From: Azolla caroliniana
Lineage: Eukaryota > Plantae > Polypodiophyta
DNA length: 64,000 nucleotides
Assembly: GCA_043228905.1 (NCBI GenBank)
Contig: JBHGNT010000001.1
Location: 2,046,001-2,110,000, forward strand
Direction of reading: 5' to 3'
Shown: in pieces, positions 33,033 to 45,816 of the stretch
How positions within the stretch are numbered: the first letter of the stretch is position 1
Layout: every line of letters starts with the position of its first letter
Position numbers and translations under genes: made by a program
Notes under the pieces: model-generated
The model's database searches: none
What the model saw: only the letters and a program-made list of their open reading frames with translations
What the model was told of the DNA's origin: nothing

Positions 33033-34610
33033 CTTAGACATAATTGATTCCTTAACTCTCTTAAAATGTTTCACTCCTCAAGTTGAAACCAACAAGAATA
33101 GGTGATTAGTCAATGCCAATTGTTGGTTAATGCATCTATGCTTAAGAATTTTATGTGTGTCCTTTCCTGACTTTTATGGTCGTTAATACCTCTCTATAGT
33201 TCACCAATCCTTCAACTTCTAACTTTGTTCCATGCCTTTATGATGAAGTTACAATGTGATTTATATTCCTTTCCTTCAATGAGCCATTGGTTTCCATTAT
33301 GTTGGTTAGTTCTTTGTACCAACTAATGTGCTAGCTTGGGATTGGATCCATGGATGATCAATGGAAGGGGGTTTTCTCACCTTGGGCCTCTTGTACTTTC
33401 ACATTCATGATCCACATCCCACATGGCTCGAGCTATACTTGCTTTATTATTTAGCTTCCATTCTTCTTTGTGGTTGATCAGTGGTTGTATTGCTTGCTTT
33501 GTTCGAGTAGGTGCTTTGTTTTATGTAAATGCCAAATCTTTTCTCCAACTTAATCACTTGTTTTATTGCTTCTAGACAATTGGGGTTCTCCCTTATTCAC
33601 TTGTTTATTTCTAGATGTCTCGACGATTGGGGATCATTGGGTACCTTATTTGCTTCATTTAATAATGGCATTTGGCACTTTCCATCACTTGAACCTCGAA
33701 CATATCAACATTCTTATCTACCTTCCACCCATTATAGCTTTTCCATGTTTGGTCTTGCGTCCATTCAAAATACTTTGGGTGTGGCATACTTGGTCCCAAG
33801 CCCTTTATATATCTACAAAGATTGACCCCAATATCTTTAATCTTGAGCTTGGATATCTCAACATTCTTCATGTGCATGGCTTTCTATTGATTGACCAACA
33901 TTTTTGCATCTTCACAAAGCGTGTAAATACCAATTTTCTTCAACGAGCGAGATAAGCGTTTTTACTTTTGCCTTCCATTCCTTTACTTGATGTAACCCTT
34001 AATTCAATTTTTATTCTTCTCTCTTAAACCTTATAGTTCCTTTTCTCCATTTATCAAACCTTTCAATTCATATTTCTTTCCTTAAAACCCTTATTTTATT
34101 TTATTTTATTATTTGTTTCGAAACAAAATAAAAACCACTAACACTTTTTACACCTCACTAGTCGTCTATGCTATTGACACTGTGGCGAGCTCCACATGGG
34201 TTGGGAACTTTATGCATTCCAAATCAAGGCCATGTGGTCAATGCCCACACAATTACAATTCATACAGAGTTCTCACCTTGGACCTTGGTTGGTGTCAAGG
34301 GGTGTCTCCTCCTTTGACTTTCCAAACTAATATCCCCAAGGAGTGACATATGTTTGCAATCATTAGTTTGTGCCATGAGAGAGATGGGCTCCGCATGCCC
34401 TCCATGACCATTTCACACGTACTATTATAATTATTATTAATAGCCAATATTATTCTCCGTCTATACTGTCCATCGAAGGTTTGGGACGGTTTGGGTGGAG
34501 GTGAGGTTCCATCTATGGGATCCATTGATGACCAATAGTTGCATGTAAGCTTCATGTTGCAAGGTCTGGGTCGCGGTCATGGACATGGTCAAGGTTATGG
34601 ACATGGTGGA

Positions 34611-34750
34611 CATGGATGGGCATGGTCAAGGGCCAAGGTTATGAACATGGATGGGCATGGTCAAGGGCCAAGGTTATGGTCATAGATGGGCATGGTCAAA
34701 GACCAAGGTTATGGACATGGATGGGCATGGTCAAGTACCAAGGTTATGGC
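34611..34750. repeat. 35-bp minisatellite, four copies
   Basis: CATGGATGGGCATGGTCAAGGGCCAAGGTTATGGA-type units start at 34611, 34646, 34681 and 34716. Confidence 0.9.
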
Positions 34751-34997
34751 CAAGGTCAAGGCCATAATGAAGACCAGGACAAACCCCACTTTGTGACTAT
34801 TTCTTTGCTTCAAAATTCAATCAACATTTAACCAGAAATCTCTCTCTCTCCTTTTTAAGAAAAGAGAAGAGAAGAGCAGAACAGAACAGAGCAGAGCAGA
34901 GCAGAGAAGGGGAGAGCCAGATTTTTCTCTGACTTCTTCTGATTTTGTTTTAAGACATATAGCGCTTTCTGAAGCTAACCCAATTTCCGTCTCTGCG

Positions 34998-37900
34998 ATG
35001 TTCCTCCATCGCCATAGCCGCCGAGCTCGCAATCCTCCTCCTCCTCCTCCTCACACACACTTTCTCCTCCTCCTCCTTTTTCTCCTCCTTTTCTTCTTTC
35101 CCCTCATCATCAGCAGCCATGGACCTCTGTTCCCTCTTCTTCCTCACAGATCTTCCTCATCGCTCGTCAGAAGGAATAGAAGGACATCTCTGATTTCTTT
35201 GGATCGTCTCTCTCAGGCCGTCTCTCGAGATCGAGCTCGTCATAGCCGGATGCTCTCTTCTTCTTCTTCTTCTTCTTCTTCTGTTGCTGCTGATGAGTAT
35301 CCACATTCTTTTCCATTGGGAGGAACTGCAGACCCCAACATAGCTGGGTATACATGCTTAAAAAATATCGGGCTTAAATTAGGGATTGTTTCGCAAAGTT
35401 AGGGCTTCTAACGCAGAATAGGGTAAATGTGGGTTTTCTAACGCAATAGAAGCGGAAATTAGGGGGTTAACGCAATAATAGGGTAAATCAATGTTTCTTT
35501 CACAACTGCAAGATGAGGGGAAATTTTAGGTTAAATTAATTTTTCTCTCGCAAGGTTAGTGTAAATTAGAGTTTCTCTGGTAAATTACGAGTTCTGTCGA
35601 ACATTAGAATATTTGAAAATTAAGGCTCCTAGTATTTTCCTTGGGTGAAATTATGGTTCTTCATGCAGGCTTGTGATGATCTTTGTATGCGAGTCTTTGT
35701 CCTATCTCTTGATGATCGTCTTGTCTTATCTTTTGGATCAAATGAGGGTCAATGGTTTTACGTAAACTAGCTTTTTTCCCACAAATTTGAATCAAATTAG
35801 GGTTTCTCTCACAATTATGAGCTAGGGTACCATTCACAAATTAGGGTTTCTGTCCTGCTCCCTCTCAATGAAGAGAATTTCTCTTAGATATTCTGGTGTA
35901 GGGAAGCCGGCTCTACATGAGGGTTCCTCTTTCAATTATGGATCAAACTAGCATTCCTCTCAGAAGTGAATCCAATTAGGGTTTCTCTTTATTGAGATGT
36001 TTGTTGATATTTGCCTGTGGATATGTGTCTTATCTCGGCCTTTTGTTTTCTTTCTTTTATTTTTGTTCTTTTTGCAGATTATATTTCACTGAGATCGAAC
36101 TTGGCACACCTCCAACCAAGTACTATGTGCAGGTTGACACAGGAAGTGATATTTTGTGGGTGAACTGTGCAACTTGCAAGACATGTCCAACTTCTACTCA
36201 GCTCGGGGTGATTATCTCTTAACTTCAGTTTGTTTCAGTTTAGAGATTGTTGATAAAACTTTATTTTCTCTAGAGATGGTTATTTAGGGCTGTTTTTTAA
36301 TTTGAGATGGTTGAAATTTTGGTAATAGATAGATGTTTAGGGCCTTTGAAGTTAAAGATGATTTGTGGCTATATCACAATTCAGATTCTGACTTCAGCAG
36401 ATTAACTTACATATATAGGACATAAAAGTCACATAATCTAATCTTTTGTCAGCTCTCCTCTGGATTCAGGTATTTGTGTTATTTGAGTTGACATTAATTC
36501 ATAGCATAATATGGAACTATCTCCCATTTGAGGCCACATGAAGTTGTATGATTATATAAAAATACTAGCTATTTGAGCTTGCATGAGATCATAACTACTA
36601 TTATCCATTTTGAGTCCACATGAAGTTGTAACAACTATCATCCATTTTGAGCCCATGTGAAGGAACTATTTGAACCCATTCTAGTCATATCTCATTCATG
36701 GAGTGACGACCCATATTCACTTCGCCAAAGTATTTTTCCTAGGTGCATCTCGCTCTTTATGATCCCAAATCATCGGTGACAAGCCGGAGTGTAATGTGTG
36801 GAGATTCTTATTGTAATGATCCTCCACAAGGGTGTGTAACAGAGGAGGTGTGCATTTATCAACTGGGCTACGGAGATGGAAGCTCGTCTCAAGGTTACTT
36901 TGTTAGAGATGCTTTGCAACTAAATATGGTGGCTGGAAACACATCTGGGGTTACAAATGCAACTATAGCTTTTGGGTTCGTGAAAGCCATGCTTATTTGG
37001 TTATAAAAAGCCACAATGATGTAATATTTAAGAAATTGAACTAAGAAGGACAGTTGTTTCTCTTGTGTTTTTAGCTGTGGGACAAGCCAAGGTGGTGAAC
37101 TTCAGAACTCAGATCAAGCATTGGATGGCATCATGGGTTTTGGTCAATCAAATCTATCAATCATTTCTCAGCTCAGGAATGAAAACATTTCCCCTGCGGT
37201 GTTTGCTCATTGCCTTGAGGGGGAGGGTGATGGTGGTGGCATTTTGGTGATAGGAAATGTACAAGCACCTGGGCTTGTATATACGCCAATAATCCCAAAT
37301 CAGTAAGTAGCGTTAAGAAATGTCCTCTATTCATATCAGTAAGTACTGGTTGAAGTACAAATTTAGGCACTTGTTTTGAGCTCAACTCAATCTGACTGAC
37401 ATAGTATTTTGAAGTTATCATCTTTCCCGAATCAATTAATTAGGATAGTTTGAGTGCAACTAAAGTGTGATGACAATTCTAGTGCCTCCTTGGATACTGA
37501 TGTTTGTTGTTGATAAGGGATACAAATATGTATGTATTCACTGTACAGGCCTCATTACAATGTTAATCTGAAAAGCATCAATGTAAATGGTGTGTCAACC
37601 TTGGTGAACTCAGAAGTATCAAGTGATGGAAGCACTGGCACCATCATAGACAGTGGCACAACCCTTGCTTATTTTTCAGAGGACGTTTATGACCATGTGC
37701 AAAAGGCAGTAAGTGATATGATTTGTTTAGTGGTTATAAGTGCTTCAATTTTCTTTCAGAAAGTAAAAGTCAATATTTTGATAAATAACCCTGTGTTTTT
37801 ATTATTATTGAAGATTCTTAATGCCATACAAGTTCAAGTGACCACTTTTCAGTGGGAGGAAATGACATGTGTAGCTCTCAGTGGCAGGTAACATATTTTT

Positions 37901-39449
37901 TTCGATGTGATTTATCTTTTTTGATTGGATGTGATTTGTTTTCTGAACGTATGTTGCTTTTGATGTGTTTTATTCTTTGCCATGAGTGTGTATGGATAGT
38001 GTTCTATCCATACAAACTTTGTACAGTATGTTGCTTTTTTATGTGATTTTTTCTTTGCTATGAGTTTATATGGATAGTATTTTAAATCTTGTACAGTATG
38101 ATATTTGTTTTCAAATTTTAGCTCAATTTGGCTCTGCATGAAGAGTTCCCTTTTCTGGATTTGAAAATTGCTATTAATAATTCGGTTTTATTGTTTATTT
38201 TAGCAGATTAAATTTTGTTGGCTAATATTACAGATAATGCTTGTGTTTTTTACAACAGTGTCGATAATGTATTTCCGTCGGTGACTCTTGTGTTTGATGG
38301 CAAAGGTGCTACGTTGACTCTTAAGCCACATGAATACATGATACAAGTTGAAGGGGAACAGGTAACATCTTCTAACTAAAAACTAATATCACTAAATTTT
38401 GCTGTTTCTATCATTTTCACTATATAATCTACTATTCACCAAAGCTACATATAAGGATTGGGAATCGTGGAAGGAAAGGAAATTTCCATCCTTGTGTTTT
38501 TTACTCCATAAAATTTGAAAATGCAAAGGTTCTATCATATTCTCTATTTCCATAGCACCATAATTCCATAGATTGAGAATGTTGAAAGCCAGTTGTGTCA
38601 AGGTGCATATTAGCTTGGGTCTATAAACTTGCGGGTTAATAGACGAACACAATTTCTAAAGTTTCTCCATACGCATTAAATATGGGGAAACCATAGAAGG
38701 TTCTAAATATAAGTGTCCGATAATTCCACACATCATTATCTAATTATACATTATTTTTACACGTCAATTTTTTCACAAGAACAGTCTTTCTTGTTCATCA
38801 TTTTATATATGCGTTGTTCTTCTATTTTAGGTAACTGGTTGGTGTATTGGCTTCCAATCTCCTGGGACAAATAATTTGAATTTAAACATCCTAGGAGGTG
38901 AGAAACATCAACTCCAACCACAAGTCTTTTCTTTTTTTCATGTGATGATTTATCAACCACTTGGCCAAATTGTTTGTATTTTACTTTTGTTGATTGATTA
39001 ATAATGTTCTAATTTTCTCTTGGTAGATCTTGTTCTCAAGGATCGACTTGTTGTGTATGATCTTGAACAACCTCAACCTCGCATCGGTTGGGTTGATTAT
39101 GACTGTAAGTTGTAGAGTTTGTTATGAATGCCTATTTTTCACAAATTCAGTTAAGCTCCATTTCCATGTTTTGGTTTGAATTGAAAAAGCTTATTTTTTG
39201 GATGAATATTCTGTTGAATCTAATATTTTTTGTATTTAGTTTGGATACTCTACTAAATCTCGATTTTTTTAATGACAACTTATAGGCACTACAAATATTA
39301 CAGTTTTGTCATCAACGGGTCAAGTAGGACATGTCTCAGCGTCTTCCATTCCCATTGCAAGCATTGGAAATAATGCTCATAGAAGAAACTATGGATTTTT
39401 TCAGACTACGTTTGGGGCTTTGCTGTTCATATTATTAGTCTGGCACTAG
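34998..39449 (+). CDS. A1-family aspartic protease, A36/A39-like, probably GPI-anchored
   Basis: Ten exons: 34998-35347, 36078-36207, 36743-36975, 37075-37302, 37549-37708, 37814-37887, 38259-38361, 38831-38897, 39027-39104, 39286-39449. Catalytic VDTGSD and IDSGTT; ILGDLVLKDRLVVYDL...RIGWVDYDC; hydrophobic N- and C-termini. Confidence 0.93.
36516..36680. repeat. Degenerate intronic minisatellite
   Basis: aacta.tatccattttgag.ccacatgaag-like units occur about four times in aspartic protease intron 2. Confidence 0.65.
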
Positions 39450-42400
39450 GTGCTTATGGTATTATATTAATTTCGATTTAGAAATGAAGAAAAATGTAGT
39501 GGCATTATGTAACTTTGTACAGCTTTACATGGGATGACCCCTCTCTCATTGAAGAGCTTTGGGTATTGATGATTCATTTGTATAGCGCGGCAAGATTTTT
39601 TGCTGCCAATCCCTCTCTCCTAGGTTTAGTGTCAAATGAACAGCAAAGAAAGAATCAATTCATTGGGTACACATGCCTCAGATGTGTGAGGATATAATTT
39701 TCTTACAGTCCTTGAGAGTATATATCCTGCTTACATGAAAATGAAATATACTTTTAAGTTTTAGTAATTCGAACTTCAAGAGTAATGTGTGTTTCATGAA
39801 TTGTTTTCACTAGAGTTGGGAGTATCACACTCCAATCCAGTGCTAAATATTTGAGCTCTGCTTTTATCCAAATCTTTTAACCATGGCCCACACTTGTCTC
39901 TCAACCACAATCTGGAGCTTTGATTGTATTGTTTTGTGGTACATTTCTTGAACATTAGAGGGTTATTAACTTCACACTCTACTGAATGATTCACTTTGGC
40001 CGTTTAGGTCACATTTGACTAAGGATGATTATAAATTAACTCCTCTGGTAATGATTTATCATCAAATTTTCATTATTGATGGCCTACAGCCTCTTGTATG
40101 CCTCAGCAGCAACTTCATTGAGAGGATCCTTTCTGTGAACCCATGCATGAAACAATAACAAGTTGATAAATTTCCACAATCTAGACTCTTATCAATGTCT
40201 TATTTTAAACCTTAGAATCCATGGATCTGATCATGAGTTTCGTAAATCTTTGAACTCTAGGTTTCTCCCCCTATCATATGAATGTGTGGAGATTTTGTCT
40301 TGTGTGAAATTTTTGGAGAGCTTAAAAACATCATGAGGTGTTACTAGCAACAACATTGTTCTCTAGTAAAAATTAACATGCCGAAAATTGAGGGGAAAAG
40401 TTCTAGGTGTTACATTGGTTATATCTTTATAATTGTGAAAGTGAAAATGAGTGAATAACGCTAAAATCCTATAATATTGTCATTTTGTAAGGGTGTATAT
40501 GGTGAAATAGCACTATCCATGAGCATAGCTTTAGTTGAGGAATTGCTTTTTTGAGAGAGAATGGTCCACAATACTTGAATCGTGGATGGTAGGTAGGAAG
40601 GACCTATTTGTGAGCTCATATACAAGTAGTCAAAATATTGAATAGAAGCATCAATATGCATGCAATCTCTTTAGTTGACAATGCATTGAACCTTTTTGTA
40701 ATATATGATTTCTGCTTGTCACAAAACGTCGTATGCGCATGCAATTGATTACCTTTCTAAAGGTCAAAGACGGTATCCAATTAATGTCCCCTATCAACAT
40801 ACATTGCGACAAAGAATGCATTTATTTGTCACAATCTTTTTTCCCATCTCCTTTCACTTGGCCGATAGCATGTCGTGATAATATGGGTCCATCTGAGATT
40901 ATATAACTTTAGTCAAGGCTTGTTAATCAATGTATTCCGGATTTGTGCAACACATTCAATAATAATAATAATAGCAAAGTTCACCATTGCATGTGGACAA
41001 GGTTTATATCTTCAAAAAGTCATGATAATGAAACACAAAAGGAAGTATATACCCTTGAAATCAAAATCTCATGTGCTTATCTCCATGTTTAAGCCCCACA
41101 TAAACCATAAACTATACTTTAAATGCCCTAGTAAAATGATTTTTTAAAACATCTCAAGAACATGTAATGGTGATGACACAAGGTACACAAATAAATGTCT
41201 CCCTTATAGGTAAAGGTAAATGGATAAGTTCTTAAATGATAAGCTAAGAAAGAACTTGAGAGTCTTGAATTGATCAAACACGAAGCACTATTGATGATGG
41301 TGCTTAGTTTTTAAGAGAACCACATTAATTTGGGACGAAGTACACATAAATGATTATTTAAGAAAACACTTTTCAACATACAATTTTGGAAGCATCCATT
41401 GTTACAACTTACAAGGGGAATATGGTTATGTTTCTTATAAATTCCTAGTGTAGTATAGCTATTAAAAGTGCAAGTTTGGTTTTGGCTCAAGCTAAGTTTG
41501 AATAAGCGTGTGACGCTTTTCTACTTTCCGTTATTATGATTTCTCATGTAGTGTTATCCATTACATGAAATGCCTTTGTTTGGATCTAGGCTAAAACTAA
41601 CAATATATGCACTAGGTTAAAATCGGAATGTGGAATGTTCATTACATTGTACAATAAAGGATAACTTGGTTTTCTCTTGTTCAGTACAAAATCAACAAGC
41701 ATTTGCCTTTTTATAGTGGTTAATTTTCACATAGGTTGAACTTCAATAAGTTAGTTTTCAAATAAGAGAAACTTGAATAGCTAATAGCTATATTCCTTTT
41801 TCATTTCTTTGCATCGTAATTAGCTAGGATTGCTAAAAATGACTTGATCCACAATATGGACAATAAGTCGCAAATTGTGGCAACCTACTAATCCCCATCA
41901 TGCTTCAACTATAATTGAGATTTAATCTCGAGCATTCGTAAGTGTTGGTTTGGTATGTCTACTATCATATTAGTGTGTTAAATTCATGCCCTATTATTTG
42001 AATAAATCTTATGTGACACAATGTTTAGAGGATTTATCTCAAAGAATCCCTTTATGTTTGTTATGTCTCCCATGACGCTAGTGGGAGTATAACCATATGC
42101 CTATTCTCTAAATATTTATGATACGAACATGTTGCAAACATTCTTTACGTTGGTTTAATGTCACTTTAAGATTTCCCATTATGGTCTGAATATTTGAGAG
42201 AGGGACGAGAAAATTGTTCTAGGTCAATTTGTATGGTTGTCTGAGCTAGACGAGAAAATTATGCAATCAAACCATACATTTCATGGTGACATTGACTCAA
42301 TTAGAGTATATGGTGTCATTTGAGCCCAAATATATGGTGTTCTGGATATTGTAGTAGCATCTAATAAAGTGGTGCATATATCAGATTTGAACTCAAGCTT

Positions 42401-42714
42401 GGCCTATTCCCAAGGGTATAACTGAAAAGAAAAAACATAAAGACAAAGGGTTTGATGATTATTCATGGGTTTTAGGTAATCTGAAAAATGGTGTCTTCCA
42501 CTCATGTGGCATGCCCCATGAGTAAGACTTGTAAAGTTAAGTGTAAGGAATATGGGACATTATGTACATAGTGTGTGAAAAAACTACTTCCCTACACATA
42601 TATAGCCAAGTTTTAAATACATTGAAGATGACGATAAAGGCACGGAAGATAACTAACTCTTCCACATAATTCTCAACTAAGATGAAATTCACACACTTTG
42701 GAACTTGACTAGAC

Positions 42715-42715
<1 letters not shown>

Positions 42716-42782
<67 letters not shown>
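42716..42782. repeat. (TG)n microsatellite, ~33 units
   Basis: Uninterrupted TG run upstream of the phytocyanin gene. Confidence 0.95.
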
Positions 42783-42784
<2 letters not shown>

Positions 42785-42947
42785 ATATATATATGTATAT
42801 CATCTTCTTCCTCGTGACATGATTAGTAATGTGTGTTCTCATTCTCTAGTTGCACTCAATATATTCTCTCTTTATCTCTCTATGCATGTATGCATTCACT
42901 AGTAGAGTATTCCCACCAACAATCATATAATCCTCCATCACATCTTG

Positions 42948-44752
42948 ATGGAACAACTAGAGAAATTGATGAAAAAGATGAGCATGACTATTATGATACA
43001 TATAATGGGGCCACCTACTTGCAACACATTCAATGATCACAATATTAACTTCTATCGATTCATTAGAGGTTTGGCATTCATGGCCATATCAATGATGATT
43101 ATGGTGATAGGTTCAATTCACCATTTGGTGCATGCTAATGACCACATAGTTGGCGCAAATCACGGGTGGCAAATTCCATCACAAGCAGGGTTCTCAACTT
43201 CCTACTATTCAAACTGGGCCTCTAATCAAACCTTCTACCTTGGCGATTTCATATGTAAGCAAGCATAATGTCTCATTAATCCATATTCTTCCTTCTATCT
43301 CTCTTTGCCAAATGTGAGCAAGGTTTAAATAGTTTCCTCTATTTGTGCCATTCTTTACAAGGGAATGGATATGACTGACTTGGTTCAACAACACCCTCCC
43401 CCCCCTTTTTTTCGTTACAAAGATAACTTAACCATTCTAATAATTTTATTGCTCCTCTAGGGTTCTGCTTTACATGTTCCGACACATTCCTTACAATTTA
43501 TCCCTTCTTTAGGGCCTTATAACAACCATGTACTTATTTAGAATTATCGGTTCTCTTGTTCGAAATATTTATCATTCTCGTCGTAGAGCAACACCTTTTC
43601 CTCATGTGCATAAGTTTCATTAGTACCAATGATAGGAGATGGGTTCCATCGATCCAACAAATCACCCATCTTTGGTTTGGACCATTTTCTTTGAGACATA
43701 CTCCACCACGTCTTTACTAGTTTTGTTTCTTATTATGAAAAATGGTTTCCTTTATTCCAATAATTTTACCACTTTTTCAAGGTACCAAATTCTAATTATG
43801 TCATTAGCTATTATTCTTTTTATTCTTCAGCTATTTAATTTTAAATTTAATATTATTATACTTCGAAATTTAAAATATTTATATTTGTACTGATTTTTGT
43901 TTTCACTTTAATATTTACATTCTTCTATCTTTTTCTTTCCAAAAGATTAATGAAAAATGCATCATTTTATATTGCTTATCTTCAACTCTTTCCTTCTTTT
44001 GATGAATTGCTAGTTACGAAATTCACTCTTCACAACCAAAAGAAAACCTTTGTTCATCCATCCCTTTTGGGAAACAAATCTTTATCACCCAACATCTTAT
44101 ACAATTAGTGACTCTCATAAGTAGGATAAAGATTTGGTTTCTTTTACATATAAATATCTCACAAAATACTTCATTTACAACACATTCCAAGATATATTGT
44201 ACAACCCTCACATTTTCTACATAGAAAATTCTAAAAGCTAGCTATGCATGACAATGTGAAGTGTCATCTCTTGTAATCGTTCTATTAACTATGAACACGA
44301 CATTATAAAGAATTGGAAAATGCCACCATGACAATTGTTTGTTAAATTATGTATTCCAAGTTCAAACCCGAAGTAGCTCATTGGCTTTTATGTGTAATGC
44401 AGCCTTCCATTATCAAAAGAATTTACATTCGGTGTATGAGGTGAATAATGCAACATATACAAGTTGCATTTTCAATGAAACTGATGTGGATAACCGTAAT
44501 TGGTCGACAAAGGGTGGCCGAAGCATAGTGCCAGTGAATGAGACTAGACCTTACTTCTTCATGTGTATCATTGGTGATCATTGCCAACAAGGCATGAAGC
44601 TTGCCCTTCTCCAAGTTTTACCTGTACCTCCAACCCCACCATCACCTCCTGATCTCCTTTCTAATATTATTGAATCTACCACCTCCCATTTAATTGCCCC
44701 TTTTTTCATTCTATGGTTACCTATTATTATGGTTACTATCATTTTCATGTAA
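42948..44752 (+). CDS. Phytocyanin (uclacyanin-like blue copper protein)
   Basis: Exon 1 ends 43254, exon 2 is 44403-44752. HIVGANHGW...YSNWASNQTFYLGD-ISFHY...HSVYEV...YFFMCIIGDHCQQGMKL gives a His/Cys/His/Met ligand set; Pro-rich linker and hydrophobic tail. Start codon uncertain (42948, 42969 or 43080). Confidence 0.88.
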
Positions 44753-45816
44753 TATAAGTCTTACAATTTATGTTACCCTAAACATTGTGAAAGATTGTGA
44801 TAAACTTTCAACATCTATGCCATCTAGCATCAACATTTCCTAAAGGAAAACTCCACATAATACAAATATCAGTCTTTAATGAAAATGGTTAGGACAAGGA
44901 TATGTTTCTTCACCCACAATTGACTTTTGTGTCATATGCATACCACCTTTAATAATAAGAAACAACCCACGATATGTCTCATCATAAAACTACACCCAAA
45001 CATTATGATAAAATGTCAGCCTCAAAGAAGTTGATTATCTTTTTATAACTAGTTTATTATGATACTCATTAATCAACACTTGCAAGCACATTTTTGCATC
45101 ATAGGTCACTCAAAAAAGTTATAGCCATAAGAAGCTCATAATGATACGCATACAATGACTGCATTTCAAGGAGGGAAATGTATCCCTGTTTGAAATGGGA
45201 AAACATATCACTTTTCCAATGTTTGATAGATGCATCATCCAATTGTAAAAAAGAGCAGATTCTTTGAAGTAGCTGAAATTGTGTATATGAAGCGTACAAT
45301 TGCAACATTAACCAGAGATTTCTTCAACAAAGAACCTTCTTGTTAGTGTAAATAACCAGAAACCCTTTTAAGAGGATATCAAGAAGAACGATGCATTAAT
45401 CACCCTTGCAATAATGATTGTTCAATACATAAAACAGGCTAACATGAAACCATCTCATAAATACAATGTTTTTCTCGACAAAACATAACGATTCTAGATC
45501 TTACACACCAAGACATGCAACCATCTTACATGAGCAAAATATACAGGGATCAGGGATCAAACGTGGCAAGAAGAATTTGTATATCATATGAATGGCTTCG
45601 ATGTGCCTTTCTCCCACAATGGGGGATTCGTATGTGTCTTTCTCATTAGTTTTTACTTGAGACTTCCAACCATTCTCCCCCCATATAAATCTCCATGCAT
45701 CTTATTAATCAACATGTTGGATCCTTTTCAGCACCGGAAAGCCAAGCACTTTCACATGTATGCTCGAGAAAATCATTCAAAAAACACCCATGCACAATAT
45801 ATATGTATATTTAAAC

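Noticed and set aside
33529-33955. Short ORFs that might be a LINE endonuclease remnant
   Set aside because: No diagnostic motif could be confirmed.
35790-35990. Interstitial telomere array
   Set aside because: The motifs are isolated single units, not tandem TTTAGGG repeats.
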